Of a DNA stretch of 64,000 nucleotides, positions 1 to 10,006 are shown in pieces. A model generated the notes under the pieces. That model saw only the letters and a program-made list of their open reading frames with translations. It was not told the DNA's origin and searched no databases. Source of the stretch: Candidatus Moraniibacteriota bacterium (GTDB lineage Bacteria > Patescibacteriota > Minisyncoccia > Moranbacterales > UBA9337); the NCBI GenBank assembly GCA_028695135.1, contig JAQVJM010000003.1, positions 2,571 to 66,570 of the forward strand. Reading direction: 5' to 3'. The stretch's first letter is position 1, and each line of letters begins with the position of its first letter. The translations under genes and the position numbers were made by a program.

Positions 1-290
1 TAACGATAACTGCCAGTCGGGCATTAGGATTGGACAGGGTAAGCTCGGCCAGATTTTCTTTCTTACTATCCACTCCGATAATTTTTGGAGCGACGGTAAA
101 ACAATTTCCCTATATTCTCAATAATGGGGTTGACGGATCGCTGATCTGGGGGGTAGTCGTTTCCGCCGTAAGCGGATATCTGGCCATAAAGTATCTCATT
201 AAATTTGTCCAAAAATCCAGCTATAAAATATTCTTTTGGTATAGGTTGGTGCTGGCGTCTATTATAGTCCTATTCATTTATATCGGGTAA
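1..290 (+). CDS. uppP: Undecaprenyl-diphosphatase, C-terminal part (truncated by window start)
   Basis: C-terminal motifs ARFSFLLSTP..GA and F.WYRL.L; hydrophobic helices. Confidence 0.85.
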   Translation, partial: TITASRALGLDRVSSARFSFLLSTPIIFGATVKQFPYILNNGVDGSLIWGVVVSAVSGYLAIKYLIKFVQKSSYKIFFWYRLVLASIIVLFIYIG

Positions 291-368
291 TTTATTCGTT
301 AAAGATTGGCTTTTTTCATTATTTAAGCTATCATTAATAAAAATAATCAGTTTTAATTTTTTTATATT

Positions 369-1526
369 ATGACAACAGTAATAATTTTTATCTTAATTCT
401 GGGTGTTTTGATTTTTGTCCATGAGCTGGGGCATTACATCATAGCTATAAGAAACGGGATAAAAGCGGAGGAATTCGGTTTCGGTTTTCCGCCAAGAATC
501 TTTGGTGCGGTCAAAGATGAGAATACCGGAAAATTCAGGTTCATATTCGGTGACAAAAATATAAAATCCGAAAATACGGTTTTTTCTCTCAACTGGATAC
601 CGCTGGGAGGCTTCGTAAAAATAAAGGGAGAAAACAGGGAAAATAATGATAAGGACAGCTTTTCTTCAAAAGAACCTTGGACAAGAATAAAAGTTTTAGT
701 AGCGGGAGTGATGATGAATTTTTTATTGGCCTGGGTCTTATTGGCTGTGGTTTTTAATCAAGGAGCATCACAATCCATAAGCGACGACGATAAGATCAAG
801 GGAGCCAGGGTGCAGATTTCTCAAGTAGCTAAAGGATCTCCCGCTGAAGCTTCGGGAATTGCCATTGGCGACGAGGTCCAGAAAGTTTGTGATGCTAATG
901 GGGTCAAATGCAAATATATAAGCAAAGTCGAAGAATTAAAAAGTTTTATAGACGGAAATAAAGGAGAAGAAATAAGGTTTTTTATAAACAGAGGAGGAGA
1001 AGGTTTGGTTCTGGCCAGTGTTCCTAGAGAAAATCCTCCGGAAGGAGAGGGTTCGCTGGGAGTTCAACTCACCAGAACTGCTCTTATTAGCTATCCTTGG
1101 TATGAGTCTTTAGGCAAAGGATTATTTGCCGTTTTTGATATTACCTGGCTGATCATAACCACTCTGGGCGGGCTTTTGGTTAATCTTTTTATGGGCGCCA
1201 AGCCATCAATTGACGTAGCCGGACCGATCGGGATCGCTTTTATGACAAAACAGGTGGCTGTTTTGGGATGGGTTTATATTTTGCAGTTTACCGCTATTTT
1301 GAGCATAAATCTGGCTATAATCAACGCTTTCCCTTTTCCGGCGCTGGACGGAGGAAGAATCATGTTTATTATTATCGAAAAAATAAAAGGATCTCCGGTG
1401 AGCCATAGGATTGAGCAGATAGCCCATACGGCCGGATTCGGACTGCTAATCCTTCTTATGATAGTTGTTACCTTTCATGATTTTATCCAGTTTCAGATAG
1501 TGGATAAGATAAAAGAATTTTTTTAG
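369..1526 (+). CDS. rseP: Site-2 (M50) zinc metalloprotease with PDZ domain
   Basis: HELGH zinc motif, PLGGFVKI, N.FPFPALDGG, central PDZ-like segment. Confidence 0.93.
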   Translation: MTTVIIFILILGVLIFVHELGHYIIAIRNGIKAEEFGFGFPPRIFGAVKDENTGKFRFIFGDKNIKSENTVFSLNWIPLGGFVKIKGENRENNDKDSFSSKEPWTRIKVLVAGVMMNFLLAWVLLAVVFNQGASQSISDDDKIKGARVQISQVAKGSPAEASGIAIGDEVQKVCDANGVKCKYISKVEELKSFIDGNKGEEIRFFINRGGEGLVLASVPRENPPEGEGSLGVQLTRTALISYPWYESLGKGLFAVFDITWLIITTLGGLLVNLFMGAKPSIDVAGPIGIAFMTKQVAVLGWVYILQFTAILSINLAIINAFPFPALDGGRIMFIIIEKIKGSPVSHRIEQIAHTAGFGLLILLMIVVTFHDFIQFQIVDKIKEFF

Positions 1527-1637
1527 GAAGTATTGATTAAAGATGTAGCACGAAATGACGGTCGTCATAAGATGCGACATTTTTGCAAATATAATTTTAT
1601 ATGGCTGGGAAAGTTTTTTAAATAAAATTAAGACATT

Positions 1638-2879
1638 ATGAAACAATCGAAACTTTTTACCAAAACTCAAAAATTCGCCCCCAAAGACGAAGTCAGCAAG
1701 AATGCTCAATTATTGATCAGAGCCGGTTTTGTCCATAAGGAGATGGCCGGGGTTTATTCTTTTTTACCTTTGGGATTGAGGGTTATTGAAAAAATAAAGA
1801 ATATTATCAGAGAGGAATTGAATGCTATAGGAGCCGTTGAGATGGAGATGACAGCGCTTCAAAAAAGCGAAACTTGGGAAAAAACCGGCAGATGGGACGA
1901 TAAGATTGTTGATGATTGGTTTAAAACCAACTTGAAAAACGGGACTGAATTAGGTCTTGCTTTCACGCACGAAGAACCTCTTACCAACATAATGAAAAGT
2001 TATATTTCTTCCCATAAAGACCTTCCCAAATATGCTTATCAGTTCCAAACCAAATTTAGGAATGAATTAAGGGCAAAGTCCGGAGTGCTTAGAGGAAGGG
2101 AATTTCTAATGAAAGATCTCTATAATTTTTCTTTGAACAAAAAACAGCACGAGGAATTTTATGAAAAGATGAAAGAAGTTTATATGAGAATATTTACAAG
2201 AATCGGTATCGGAGATAGGACTTTTTTGACGATGTCTTCCGGAGGATCATTTTCTAAATATTCTTTCGAATTTCAGACTGTCACAGATGCTGGCGAAGAT
2301 ATAATTGTACTTGATAAGGAAAAAAGAGTATCCATAAATAAAAGCGATTTCAGCGAGGAACTTCTTAAAGATTTCGGAATTGATAAGGATAAGATGAATT
2401 TTAAAGAAGTAAAAGCAGCAGAGGTAGGCGATATTTATACTTTGGGAGAGAAATATTCCAAGGCTTTAGGACTTACATATAAAGATGAAAATGGAGAAGA
2501 AAAAAATGTCTATATGGGATCATATGGGATAGGCGTGCCAAGGATTATGGGGGTTGTAACTGAGATTTTCAATGACGAAAAAGGAATTATCTGGCCGGAA
2601 TCTGTTGCGCCATTTCGTGTCCATTTAATTTCTCTTAATAAAAACGAGGAAGCGGAGAAGATTTATAATGACTTGACCGGAAAAGGAGTCGAAGTCTTTT
2701 ATGACGACAGAAATGCGCGTCCGGGAGAAAAATTCGCCGATAGCGACTTAATTGGAATTCCTTATCGCGTGGTTGTGAGCGAAAAATCTCTGGAAAAAGG
2801 CGGAGTCGAAGTCAAAAAAAGAGACAGAGAAGAAAGCAAAATCGTGAAGGTCGAGGAACTGTTAAAAAATTTCGCGTAA
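1638..2879 (+). CDS. proS: Prolyl-tRNA synthetase, short form without editing domain
   Basis: LLIRAGF, FRNELR...G.LRGREFLMKDLY, MGSYGIG..R, GEKFADSDLIGIP. Confidence 0.95.
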   Translation: MKQSKLFTKTQKFAPKDEVSKNAQLLIRAGFVHKEMAGVYSFLPLGLRVIEKIKNIIREELNAIGAVEMEMTALQKSETWEKTGRWDDKIVDDWFKTNLKNGTELGLAFTHEEPLTNIMKSYISSHKDLPKYAYQFQTKFRNELRAKSGVLRGREFLMKDLYNFSLNKKQHEEFYEKMKEVYMRIFTRIGIGDRTFLTMSSGGSFSKYSFEFQTVTDAGEDIIVLDKEKRVSINKSDFSEELLKDFGIDKDKMNFKEVKAAEVGDIYTLGEKYSKALGLTYKDENGEEKNVYMGSYGIGVPRIMGVVTEIFNDEKGIIWPESVAPFRVHLISLNKNEEAEKIYNDLTGKGVEVFYDDRNARPGEKFADSDLIGIPYRVVVSEKSLEKGGVEVKKRDREESKIVKVEELLKNFA

Positions 2880-3233
2880 TACGTAAATCATGTTTTTGTG
2901 CGGAATATATTTCACATAAGAAAGAGCTATTAAAAATATCGTTCCGTTCCGGTTTTAAATAATAAGGTTGTTGGTTTTTTGTTTAAAAATATCTTTTTAA
3001 ATGGATATTTTTTATCTGTTATAAATGTTTCAGTGCATTGAAGCTTTCAGGTGAGTATGTTCCCCGGTTATTTAATAAATTTCGGCCTTATTTTGAGCCT
3101 GATATTCTGCTTAAGAAAAGAAGGTTTGAATCTCTTCACTTATCCTGATTTTCGGTATATAATTATATCATAAAATATTTATAATCCGAGCTATTTGGGC
3201 GCATTTGTGTAAATAGTGTCTCTTTATAATTAA

Positions 3234-3719
3234 ATGCAAGAAATAATAATTTCCTGGTTTTCCGGAATGCCCAGGGAGCTGGCTGTTTTTTTGATGTCCA
3301 TGCTTCCGGTAACGGAACTTAGGGCTTCTATTCCCATAGGGATATTGAAATATGACCTTGCGCCTATGAGTACCTTTATTTGGTCAGTTTTAGGAAATAC
3401 TCTTTTGGGAGCGTTGACGGCTCTGCTTATTACGCCTGTCACAAAGCTTATAATTGAAAAAATAAGCTTTTTGGATAAAATTTGGCAGAAATATATCGGG
3501 AGACTTCATGATAAACACAAAGAAAAATTTGAAAAATGGCAGGCCTGGGCCCTGGTTTCATTCGTGGCGATCCCTTTGCCGATGACAGGAGCTTTCAGTG
3601 GAGCGGTAGCTGCTTCCATTTTTAAGATAGAGATAAAAAAGACCGTGCCACTGATCTTTCTAGGCTGCTTGATTTCAGGGATAATAGTCACTTTTATGAC
3701 GCTAGGGTTTACTTTATAA
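3234..3719 (+). CDS. Small multi-drug export family (COG2426-like) membrane protein
   Basis: SMLPVTELRASIP and FVAIPLPMTGA motifs. Confidence 0.8.
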   Translation: MQEIIISWFSGMPRELAVFLMSMLPVTELRASIPIGILKYDLAPMSTFIWSVLGNTLLGALTALLITPVTKLIIEKISFLDKIWQKYIGRLHDKHKEKFEKWQAWALVSFVAIPLPMTGAFSGAVAASIFKIEIKKTVPLIFLGCLISGIIVTFMTLGFTL

Positions 3720-3730
3720 AAAATAAAAAT

Positions 3731-4501
3731 ATGAATAAATTAGCGGTAGGAAACATAAAAATGAATATTATTTCGAAGATCGAAAGAGATAATTATTTGA
3801 AAATTCTTCGCGATAAGTTGAAAGGAAAAACTTTCGAAGAAACCTCCATAATTATCTGTCCTCCGGCGGTCCATTTGGAATATTTCTCAGAAAAAATAAA
3901 AAAAGGAAATATTTTTTGGGGAATACAAAACGCGCATTGGGAAAATTCCGGCTCTTATACTGGAGAAATTTCTCCTGCCATGGCCAAAGAAATGGGAGCG
4001 GATTTTGAAATTATCGGCCATAGTGAAAGAAGATCTAATTTTGGAGAAACCAATGATATGGTCAACAAAAAAATATTTTCCGCTTTCAAAAACAATCTTA
4101 TTCCTATAATGTGCATAGGAGAGAATATCGATGAAAGAAAGTCCGGAGAAACCAAGAAAGTCGTGCTGAATCAAATATTGGAAGGGCTGAAAGATTTAAC
4201 AAAATCCAAAGTTTCCAAGATGATAATAGCTTATGAGCCGGTTTGGTCCATAGGTACTGGAGAAACTCCTAGGGGAGAAGAAATAATGGGCGTAAGGATT
4301 CTTATCCAAAAAATTTTAGCGGACCAATTTGGTCTGACTATCAAACAAATGCCCAAGATATTGTACGGAGGATCGGTGGATTATAAAAATGCCAGAGAAG
4401 TCTGTCTGAGCGCGGGAATGGATGGAGTTTTGGTCGGAGGGGAATCGTTGTATCCGGATTCGTTCATAAAAATAGCGGAAATCTTAGAAGATAAAATTTA
4501 A
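3731..4501 (+). CDS. tpiA: Triosephosphate isomerase
   Basis: GN.KMN, IGHSERR, AYEPVWSIGTG, LYGGSV, GVLVGG. Confidence 0.95.
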   Translation: MNKLAVGNIKMNIISKIERDNYLKILRDKLKGKTFEETSIIICPPAVHLEYFSEKIKKGNIFWGIQNAHWENSGSYTGEISPAMAKEMGADFEIIGHSERRSNFGETNDMVNKKIFSAFKNNLIPIMCIGENIDERKSGETKKVVLNQILEGLKDLTKSKVSKMIIAYEPVWSIGTGETPRGEEIMGVRILIQKILADQFGLTIKQMPKILYGGSVDYKNAREVCLSAGMDGVLVGGESLYPDSFIKIAEILEDKI

Positions 4502-4593
4502 CAAAAAACGATTTAATAAAACTAAAAATATATCGATTCGCATTATTTGCATATTATCAAATTAGCATTTATTCGCGGATTAGCATCAATCTT

Positions 4594-5460
4594 ATGTTAG
4601 TAAAAGTAAAAGACATATTGGATAAAGCCAATAAAGAATATTATGCGGTGGGCGCTTTTAATACGACGAATTTGGAAACCACTCAGGCGATTTTGGAAGC
4701 GGCTAAAAATATGAAATCTCCTATCATAATACAGATTACGGAAAAGACGATGAATTATGCAGGGGGGAGGGCGATATTTAATATTATAAAAAACTTGTCT
4801 GAATTTTATTATGAAGAAATTCCGGTAGGCGTTCATTTGGATCATGGAAAAAGTCTTGAAATAATAGAGAGGGCTGCGGAAATAGGAATTGATTCGGTAA
4901 TGTACGACGGATCAAGAAAAAAATATTCCGACAATTTAATGATGACTAAAAAAATCGCTGAATTTTGCAGAGAAAAAGGAATAAATTTACAGGCTGAGCT
5001 GGGAAATGTTCCTTATATGAAAGAAACCGGAGCCAAAGAAATCGATTGGGACGAATATATGACCGATCCGGATCAGGCTGAAGAATTCGCCAGAGAAACG
5101 GAAGTGGATGCTCTAGCTGTGGCGGTTGGAAACGCTCATGATTTTGCCAAGGAAAGAAAGGAGCCTGATTATGAGAGGTTGGCGGAAATCAACAGAAGGC
5201 TCAATATGCCCCTCATAATGCATGGTGCTTCGGATTGGGACGCCGACAAAGTCAGAGAGGCCGTAAAAAACGGAATTAATTGTTTTAATGTAGATACTGC
5301 GATAAGAGTAGCTTTTATTTCAAGTCTGTCGGAAACGGTTGACGGAGAAAACAGCGTTGTTTCTTATGATATAAGGGAACATTTAGGAAAGGCCAGGGAT
5401 GCGGTAAGTATGGTTGTTGAGGAAAAAATAAAGATTTTTGGCAGTGCTGATAGGATATAA
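4594..5460 (+). CDS. fba: Class II fructose-bisphosphate aldolase
   Basis: AVGAFN, HLDHG, SVMYDGS, AELG, GNAH, MHGAS. Confidence 0.9.
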   Translation: MLVKVKDILDKANKEYYAVGAFNTTNLETTQAILEAAKNMKSPIIIQITEKTMNYAGGRAIFNIIKNLSEFYYEEIPVGVHLDHGKSLEIIERAAEIGIDSVMYDGSRKKYSDNLMMTKKIAEFCREKGINLQAELGNVPYMKETGAKEIDWDEYMTDPDQAEEFARETEVDALAVAVGNAHDFAKERKEPDYERLAEINRRLNMPLIMHGASDWDADKVREAVKNGINCFNVDTAIRVAFISSLSETVDGENSVVSYDIREHLGKARDAVSMVVEEKIKIFGSADRI

Positions 5461-5632
5461 AAAGCATCAGACTAAAAATCCTAAATTTCGGACAATATAA
5501 AAATCAAAAAACAAAACATATAAAATCTTGAAGTCATATTTTGAAAACGAGGATCTATTTGGAATTTTTGATACCGAGACGAGTGAAGCCTGATAAGCTG
5601 AGAGTGTTTAAATGAGTCTAATTGTTAATTAA

Positions 5633-6796
5633 ATGAAGATATTAGTAGTGGCTCCGGTGCCTTTTTTTGTTGACAGAGGAACCCCGATGCGCATATTGGA
5701 GGAAGCTTTAGCTTTGGAAAAAAAAGGATTTTCCATCGATATGGTTTCTTATCATTTGGGAAGAGACATAAAAACGGTCGCGCCAGAGACAAAGATAAAA
5801 AATTTTCGCATTAGAAAAATAATGTTTTGGTATGATAAGGAAGAAGCCGGACCTAATTGGCAAAAAATAGTTTTGGATATTTTTTTAGTTTGGAAAACAG
5901 TGAAGGTTGCTTTTTTGAAAAAACCAGATATTATTCATGGGCATTTGCATGAAGGGGTGTTGATAGGATGGATGGCAAAAAATATCCTTTTTTGGAGAAA
6001 AATGAGATTAGTCGCTGACTTTCATGGAGAGTTGGTAAGCGAAATGGAGTCGCATGGATATTTGAAGGGAGGAATTATCAAGAAGGCTTTTTCCTTTTTA
6101 GAGAGGGTTATTTTTTCTCTCGGAGACAGGACTATCGTCAGTTCCGTGGAACTTAAGGACAAGATTAATAACTTTAAAAGAAGAGATGAAATAGCGGTCG
6201 TTTTGGACGGAGTGAATGTCGATAGATATGATTTAAACAAAAAAAATAAAATTAGAGATGGAAAATTGGGAGTGATTTATTCGGGAGCGTTTGTGGAAAA
6301 TAAAGGAATAAGCTTGCTGCTTAACTCCATAACAGAAATTTTTCGAGAAAAACATGAAGGCATCCATTTTATTCTGGCCGGAAGTCCGGTTGAAAATATA
6401 AGCGGATTCATAAAGAAAAATAATTTGGAAAAAATGGTGGAAATAGTGAGTCCGTTAGAATATAAGAATCTTCCGGAAACCAATATGAAAGGCGACATTG
6501 CGGTTGATCCAAAGACTTCTGAAACAGGCCAGGCCAGCGGAAAGATTCTCCAATATATGGGAGCCGGACTCCCGGTGGTATGTTTTGACAGGAAGAATAA
6601 TCGTAAATATCTGGGGAAAGCGGGGTATTATGTTTCAGATAAGACTTCCCGAGGCATAACCGAAGGCATTTTACATCTTTTTCGAAATCCGGATAAGATC
6701 GAAATGATGTCAAGAATTTCCAGAAAAAGGGCGGAGAAATTTTCATGGGAAAATTCAGCGGAAAAAATAATAAATATTTATAACAAGATAAGATGA
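5633..6796 (+). CDS. Glycosyltransferase family 4
   Basis: GT-B fold pattern: MKILVV, DIIHGH, KILQYMGAGLPVV, FSWE. Confidence 0.85.
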   Translation: MKILVVAPVPFFVDRGTPMRILEEALALEKKGFSIDMVSYHLGRDIKTVAPETKIKNFRIRKIMFWYDKEEAGPNWQKIVLDIFLVWKTVKVAFLKKPDIIHGHLHEGVLIGWMAKNILFWRKMRLVADFHGELVSEMESHGYLKGGIIKKAFSFLERVIFSLGDRTIVSSVELKDKINNFKRRDEIAVVLDGVNVDRYDLNKKNKIRDGKLGVIYSGAFVENKGISLLLNSITEIFREKHEGIHFILAGSPVENISGFIKKNNLEKMVEIVSPLEYKNLPETNMKGDIAVDPKTSETGQASGKILQYMGAGLPVVCFDRKNNRKYLGKAGYYVSDKTSRGITEGILHLFRNPDKIEMMSRISRKRAEKFSWENSAEKIINIYNKIR

Positions 6797-8163
6797 AAAA
6801 AAGATTGAATATAGCGGTATTTGCGATTGTGGCCTTTTTATTGCTGGTCGGAATATTTTTTATTATAAAGAATACAAATAAGGTTTCTCTGATTTCGACG
6901 TCGCTGTCCGCGGTTACAAATGTTGTCAAGCTTCTTCCGATAAAAGAAGACACAAAGAAAGAGATTGAAACAATTGACGCTCTTGCCAAAGAACTTACCA
7001 AAAAAGACGGAAAAGAAAGAAAATTTTTAATCTTACTTCAGAATAATATGGAGCTTCGTCCGGGAGGAGGATTTTTGGGACAGTATGCCGTCATAAAGAT
7101 TAAAGACGGAAATGTCACGGAAAATTATTTCGAGGATGCCAATCTTTTGGATCAAAGGATAAACGCAAAAATTCCGGCGCCTTATCCTTTTGAAAGGATG
7201 ATGAGTATAAAGAAGTGGAAATTTCGCGATTCTAATTTTTCTCCGGATTTTCCTACCAACGCGGAAAGAGCAAAATATTTTTACCGTTTGGCAGGGAAAA
7301 GCAGTGATTTTGACGGGGTTATAGCGGTCAATGCCGACACTTTCAACAGAGTTTTTTCCCTAACCGGACCAATTGCGATTCCGGGGTATGACGTTGTCTT
7401 AAATAGCGATAACGCTACTCTGGAATTGGAGGAAATCGTGGAAAAAAAATATATTATGGATGAGACTCTGGACACCCAGAACAGAAAAGCTGTGATGAAA
7501 ACCCTTACTGATACCATCGTGAAAAAATTGTCAGGTATTGAAAATATTCCCAAGATTTCCAATTTTGTCTTGGAAGAGCTTCGCAATAAAGATGTGATGC
7601 TCAATTTTGAGGATCAAAACCTCCAAAGAATGATTGAAGAAGCGCATTGGGCGGGAGGGGTTTCCGATGATTGGTCAGGCGATTACCTTATGATAGTAGA
7701 TGCTAATATGGGAGCGCTCAAGTCGAACTATTATGTGAAAAGAAGCATGGAATATAATGTCGATCTGACCGGAGAAAAGCCTATGGCAGAACTGAAAATT
7801 TTTTACAGGCATGAAGCCAGGTACGGAGATTGGAGAACTAGCGACTATCATTCTTATTTTCGTGTTTATGCTCCGCAAGGATCGAATTTGTTGGAGAGAG
7901 AAATGGTGAGTTATCCTTACATACAAGAGGAATTCAATAAGACTTATTTTGGATTTTTGCTCCATGTTTTGATAAACGGAAAGACTGATGTCAGGGTGAA
8001 ATACGAGCTTCCTGAAAAAGTGAGAGAAGATGGATACCGACTCTTAGTTCAGAAACAATCCGGAATGGGGGATGTTCCGTTTAAAATAATGGTTAAAACG
8101 GACAAGGGAGAATTTTCTCATGAAGAAACGCTTAAAAAAGATTTGAAATTTGAATTAAAATAA
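6793..8163 (+). CDS. DUF4012-like membrane-anchored protein
   Basis: LLQNNMELRPGGGF, RDSNFSPDFP, DGVIAV, ANMGALK. Confidence 0.8.
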   Translation: MKKRLNIAVFAIVAFLLLVGIFFIIKNTNKVSLISTSLSAVTNVVKLLPIKEDTKKEIETIDALAKELTKKDGKERKFLILLQNNMELRPGGGFLGQYAVIKIKDGNVTENYFEDANLLDQRINAKIPAPYPFERMMSIKKWKFRDSNFSPDFPTNAERAKYFYRLAGKSSDFDGVIAVNADTFNRVFSLTGPIAIPGYDVVLNSDNATLELEEIVEKKYIMDETLDTQNRKAVMKTLTDTIVKKLSGIENIPKISNFVLEELRNKDVMLNFEDQNLQRMIEEAHWAGGVSDDWSGDYLMIVDANMGALKSNYYVKRSMEYNVDLTGEKPMAELKIFYRHEARYGDWRTSDYHSYFRVYAPQGSNLLEREMVSYPYIQEEFNKTYFGFLLHVLINGKTDVRVKYELPEKVREDGYRLLVQKQSGMGDVPFKIMVKTDKGEFSHEETLKKDLKFELK

Positions 8164-8168
8164 ATAAG

Positions 8169-9362
8169 ATGAAACTTATCCTTATAAAATTCGGGAAAGC
8201 GATAATGACCATTAGAAAGAACGGCATAATTAAAGGCGGAAAAAGAGTTTGGGAGTATTTATTTATTTTTATAAAATCCTTTTTTGGCGCCAGAGAAGGA
8301 GAGATCTTGTTTATTACTGGAGGCGTGGGAGATAGCGCCCATTATCGCTCATATAATGTGGCTGAGGAATTGGAACTTCACGGATTTAGGTGTTCCGTAA
8401 TGATTCAAGACAATCCCTTGATCTATCGTTATGCGAAAAAATTTAGTATTTTCGTTTTTCAAAAAACAGTTGCAACGCCTACGCTGGAGAAGCTGATTAA
8501 AAAAATCAAAGAAGAAAAGAAGGAAATTATTTTTGAAACGGACGATCTGATATTTGATGAAAAATATCTTCACCAGATGGATTATTGGAAGCAGATGGAT
8601 CGATTTACCAAAAAGCAATATGTCGGAGGACAGGGAAGTGAAATTCTGAATGACCCCTATGTCAGAATTTGCACCACCACCACCAATTTTTTGAAAAACA
8701 AGCTAGAAGAAATGAAAAAAAGAGTTTTCCTTGTGCCGAACAAAATCTGCAATAAAGAATTGGAAATAGCCAATAATATATATGAAACGAGGAATAAATC
8801 AGCAAGAAAAAGAGGTTGTGTTTCCATCGGTTATTTTAGCGGAACTATAAGCCATAATAAGGATTTTGCTGAAATAACCGATGTCCTTTTGGATCTATTG
8901 GATAAATATTCAAATCTCAGGCTGGTTTTGGCAGGACCGCTCGATATCGAAAATAAATTAAATAGATTTAAAGAAAGAATAGATAAATTGCCGATGGTTT
9001 CAAGAGCCAAGCATTATGTCAATGTTTCGAGCGTTGATATAAATGTTGTCCCGTTGGAGATTGATAGCGATTTTTGTCAAGCCAAATCAGAATTAAAATT
9101 TTTCGAGGCCGGAATTTTGGGCGTGCCGACGGTGGCAACCGCCACGCAAACTTTTAAAGAAGCCATAGATGAAGGCGTGGACGGGTTCTTGGCTTCTAAC
9201 AGCGAAGAATGGAAAGAAAAGTTGGAGAAACTTATCACGGATGCCGATTTTAGAGGCAAGATGGGCGAAAAGGCCCGCCGAAAAGCCTCGGAAAAATATA
9301 CCAATAGGAATAGCGAAAATGAGGAATATTATAGCTATTTGAGGAGCAAGATAGTCAGATAA
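8169..9362 (+). CDS. Glycosyltransferase (GT-B)
   Basis: IGYFSGT.SH..DF, KSELKFFEAG.LGVPTVA. Confidence 0.8.
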   Translation: MKLILIKFGKAIMTIRKNGIIKGGKRVWEYLFIFIKSFFGAREGEILFITGGVGDSAHYRSYNVAEELELHGFRCSVMIQDNPLIYRYAKKFSIFVFQKTVATPTLEKLIKKIKEEKKEIIFETDDLIFDEKYLHQMDYWKQMDRFTKKQYVGGQGSEILNDPYVRICTTTTNFLKNKLEEMKKRVFLVPNKICNKELEIANNIYETRNKSARKRGCVSIGYFSGTISHNKDFAEITDVLLDLLDKYSNLRLVLAGPLDIENKLNRFKERIDKLPMVSRAKHYVNVSSVDINVVPLEIDSDFCQAKSELKFFEAGILGVPTVATATQTFKEAIDEGVDGFLASNSEEWKEKLEKLITDADFRGKMGEKARRKASEKYTNRNSENEEYYSYLRSKIVR

Positions 9363-9501
9363 TTTTATACGAATTACGAATTTTTCGTGCTTGCTGACAG
9401 GAAGGAAAAACTATGAAAGAATTATTTTTTTCAATGTTGATCCATAATTCGTAGATATCGTCATATTTTACTTTTGTTTTTAAATTAGTTAAAATATACA
9501 T

Positions 9502-9609
9502 ATGAGGAAATTCAGGAAAAAAATAAGAATTATTTGGATAATTATTTCCTTGCTGGCTGTCGTATCGATGATAGGTTTTTTGTTAGCTCCAGCTTTTATC
9601 GGATATTGA
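9502..9609 (+). CDS. 35-aa single-TM microprotein (DUF4044/Prli42-like), absent from ORF track
   Basis: MRKFRKKIRIIWIIISLLAVVSMIGFLLAPAFIGY; basic N-terminus then hydrophobic helix; ends 9 nt before next CDS. Confidence 0.6.
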   Translation: MRKFRKKIRIIWIIISLLAVVSMIGFLLAPAFIGY

Positions 9610-9618
9610 TTTATTCAA

Positions 9619-10005
9619 ATGCGTTTATTTATAGTCTTTCTACTTTCCATAATTATCTTAGGCGCAGGCGTTTTCTTTTCAATGCCGGCTTTTAAGGAAA
9701 TGCGTCGATCTAAGGCTATCGAAAAAGAGATCGAAGAGCTTAGGGACGAAGCAGAGAGGATAGGATCCGACAATAACTTTTTAAGGGAACAGATAGAATA
9801 TTTAAAATCCGATCACTATAAGGAAAGATTAGCCAAAGACAAGCTTAATTTAAAAAATCCGGGGGAACAAGTAGTAGTTGTCCAGCCTGGCGGAAAGTCG
9901 GCAGATACGTCTGAAGATCGAAGAGAATCTGAAAATTTTGAAGAAGAAAGCTATAAAGAAGAAATTTCAAATTTTAAAAAATGGTTGAGATATTTTTTTA
10001 ATTAG
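9619..10005 (+). CDS. Septum formation initiator (FtsB/DivIC family)
   Basis: N-terminal TM, coiled coil, ERLAKDKLNL..PGE. Confidence 0.8.
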   Translation: MRLFIVFLLSIIILGAGVFFSMPAFKEMRRSKAIEKEIEELRDEAERIGSDNNFLREQIEYLKSDHYKERLAKDKLNLKNPGEQVVVVQPGGKSADTSEDRRESENFEEESYKEEISNFKKWLRYFFN

Positions 10006-10006
10006 T

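Noticed and set aside
2880-3230. Possible decayed membrane-protein gene or short ORF (MFPGYLINFGLIL..., from 3057) after proS
   Set aside because: Short, no recognisable motif or initiation signal; cannot be supported
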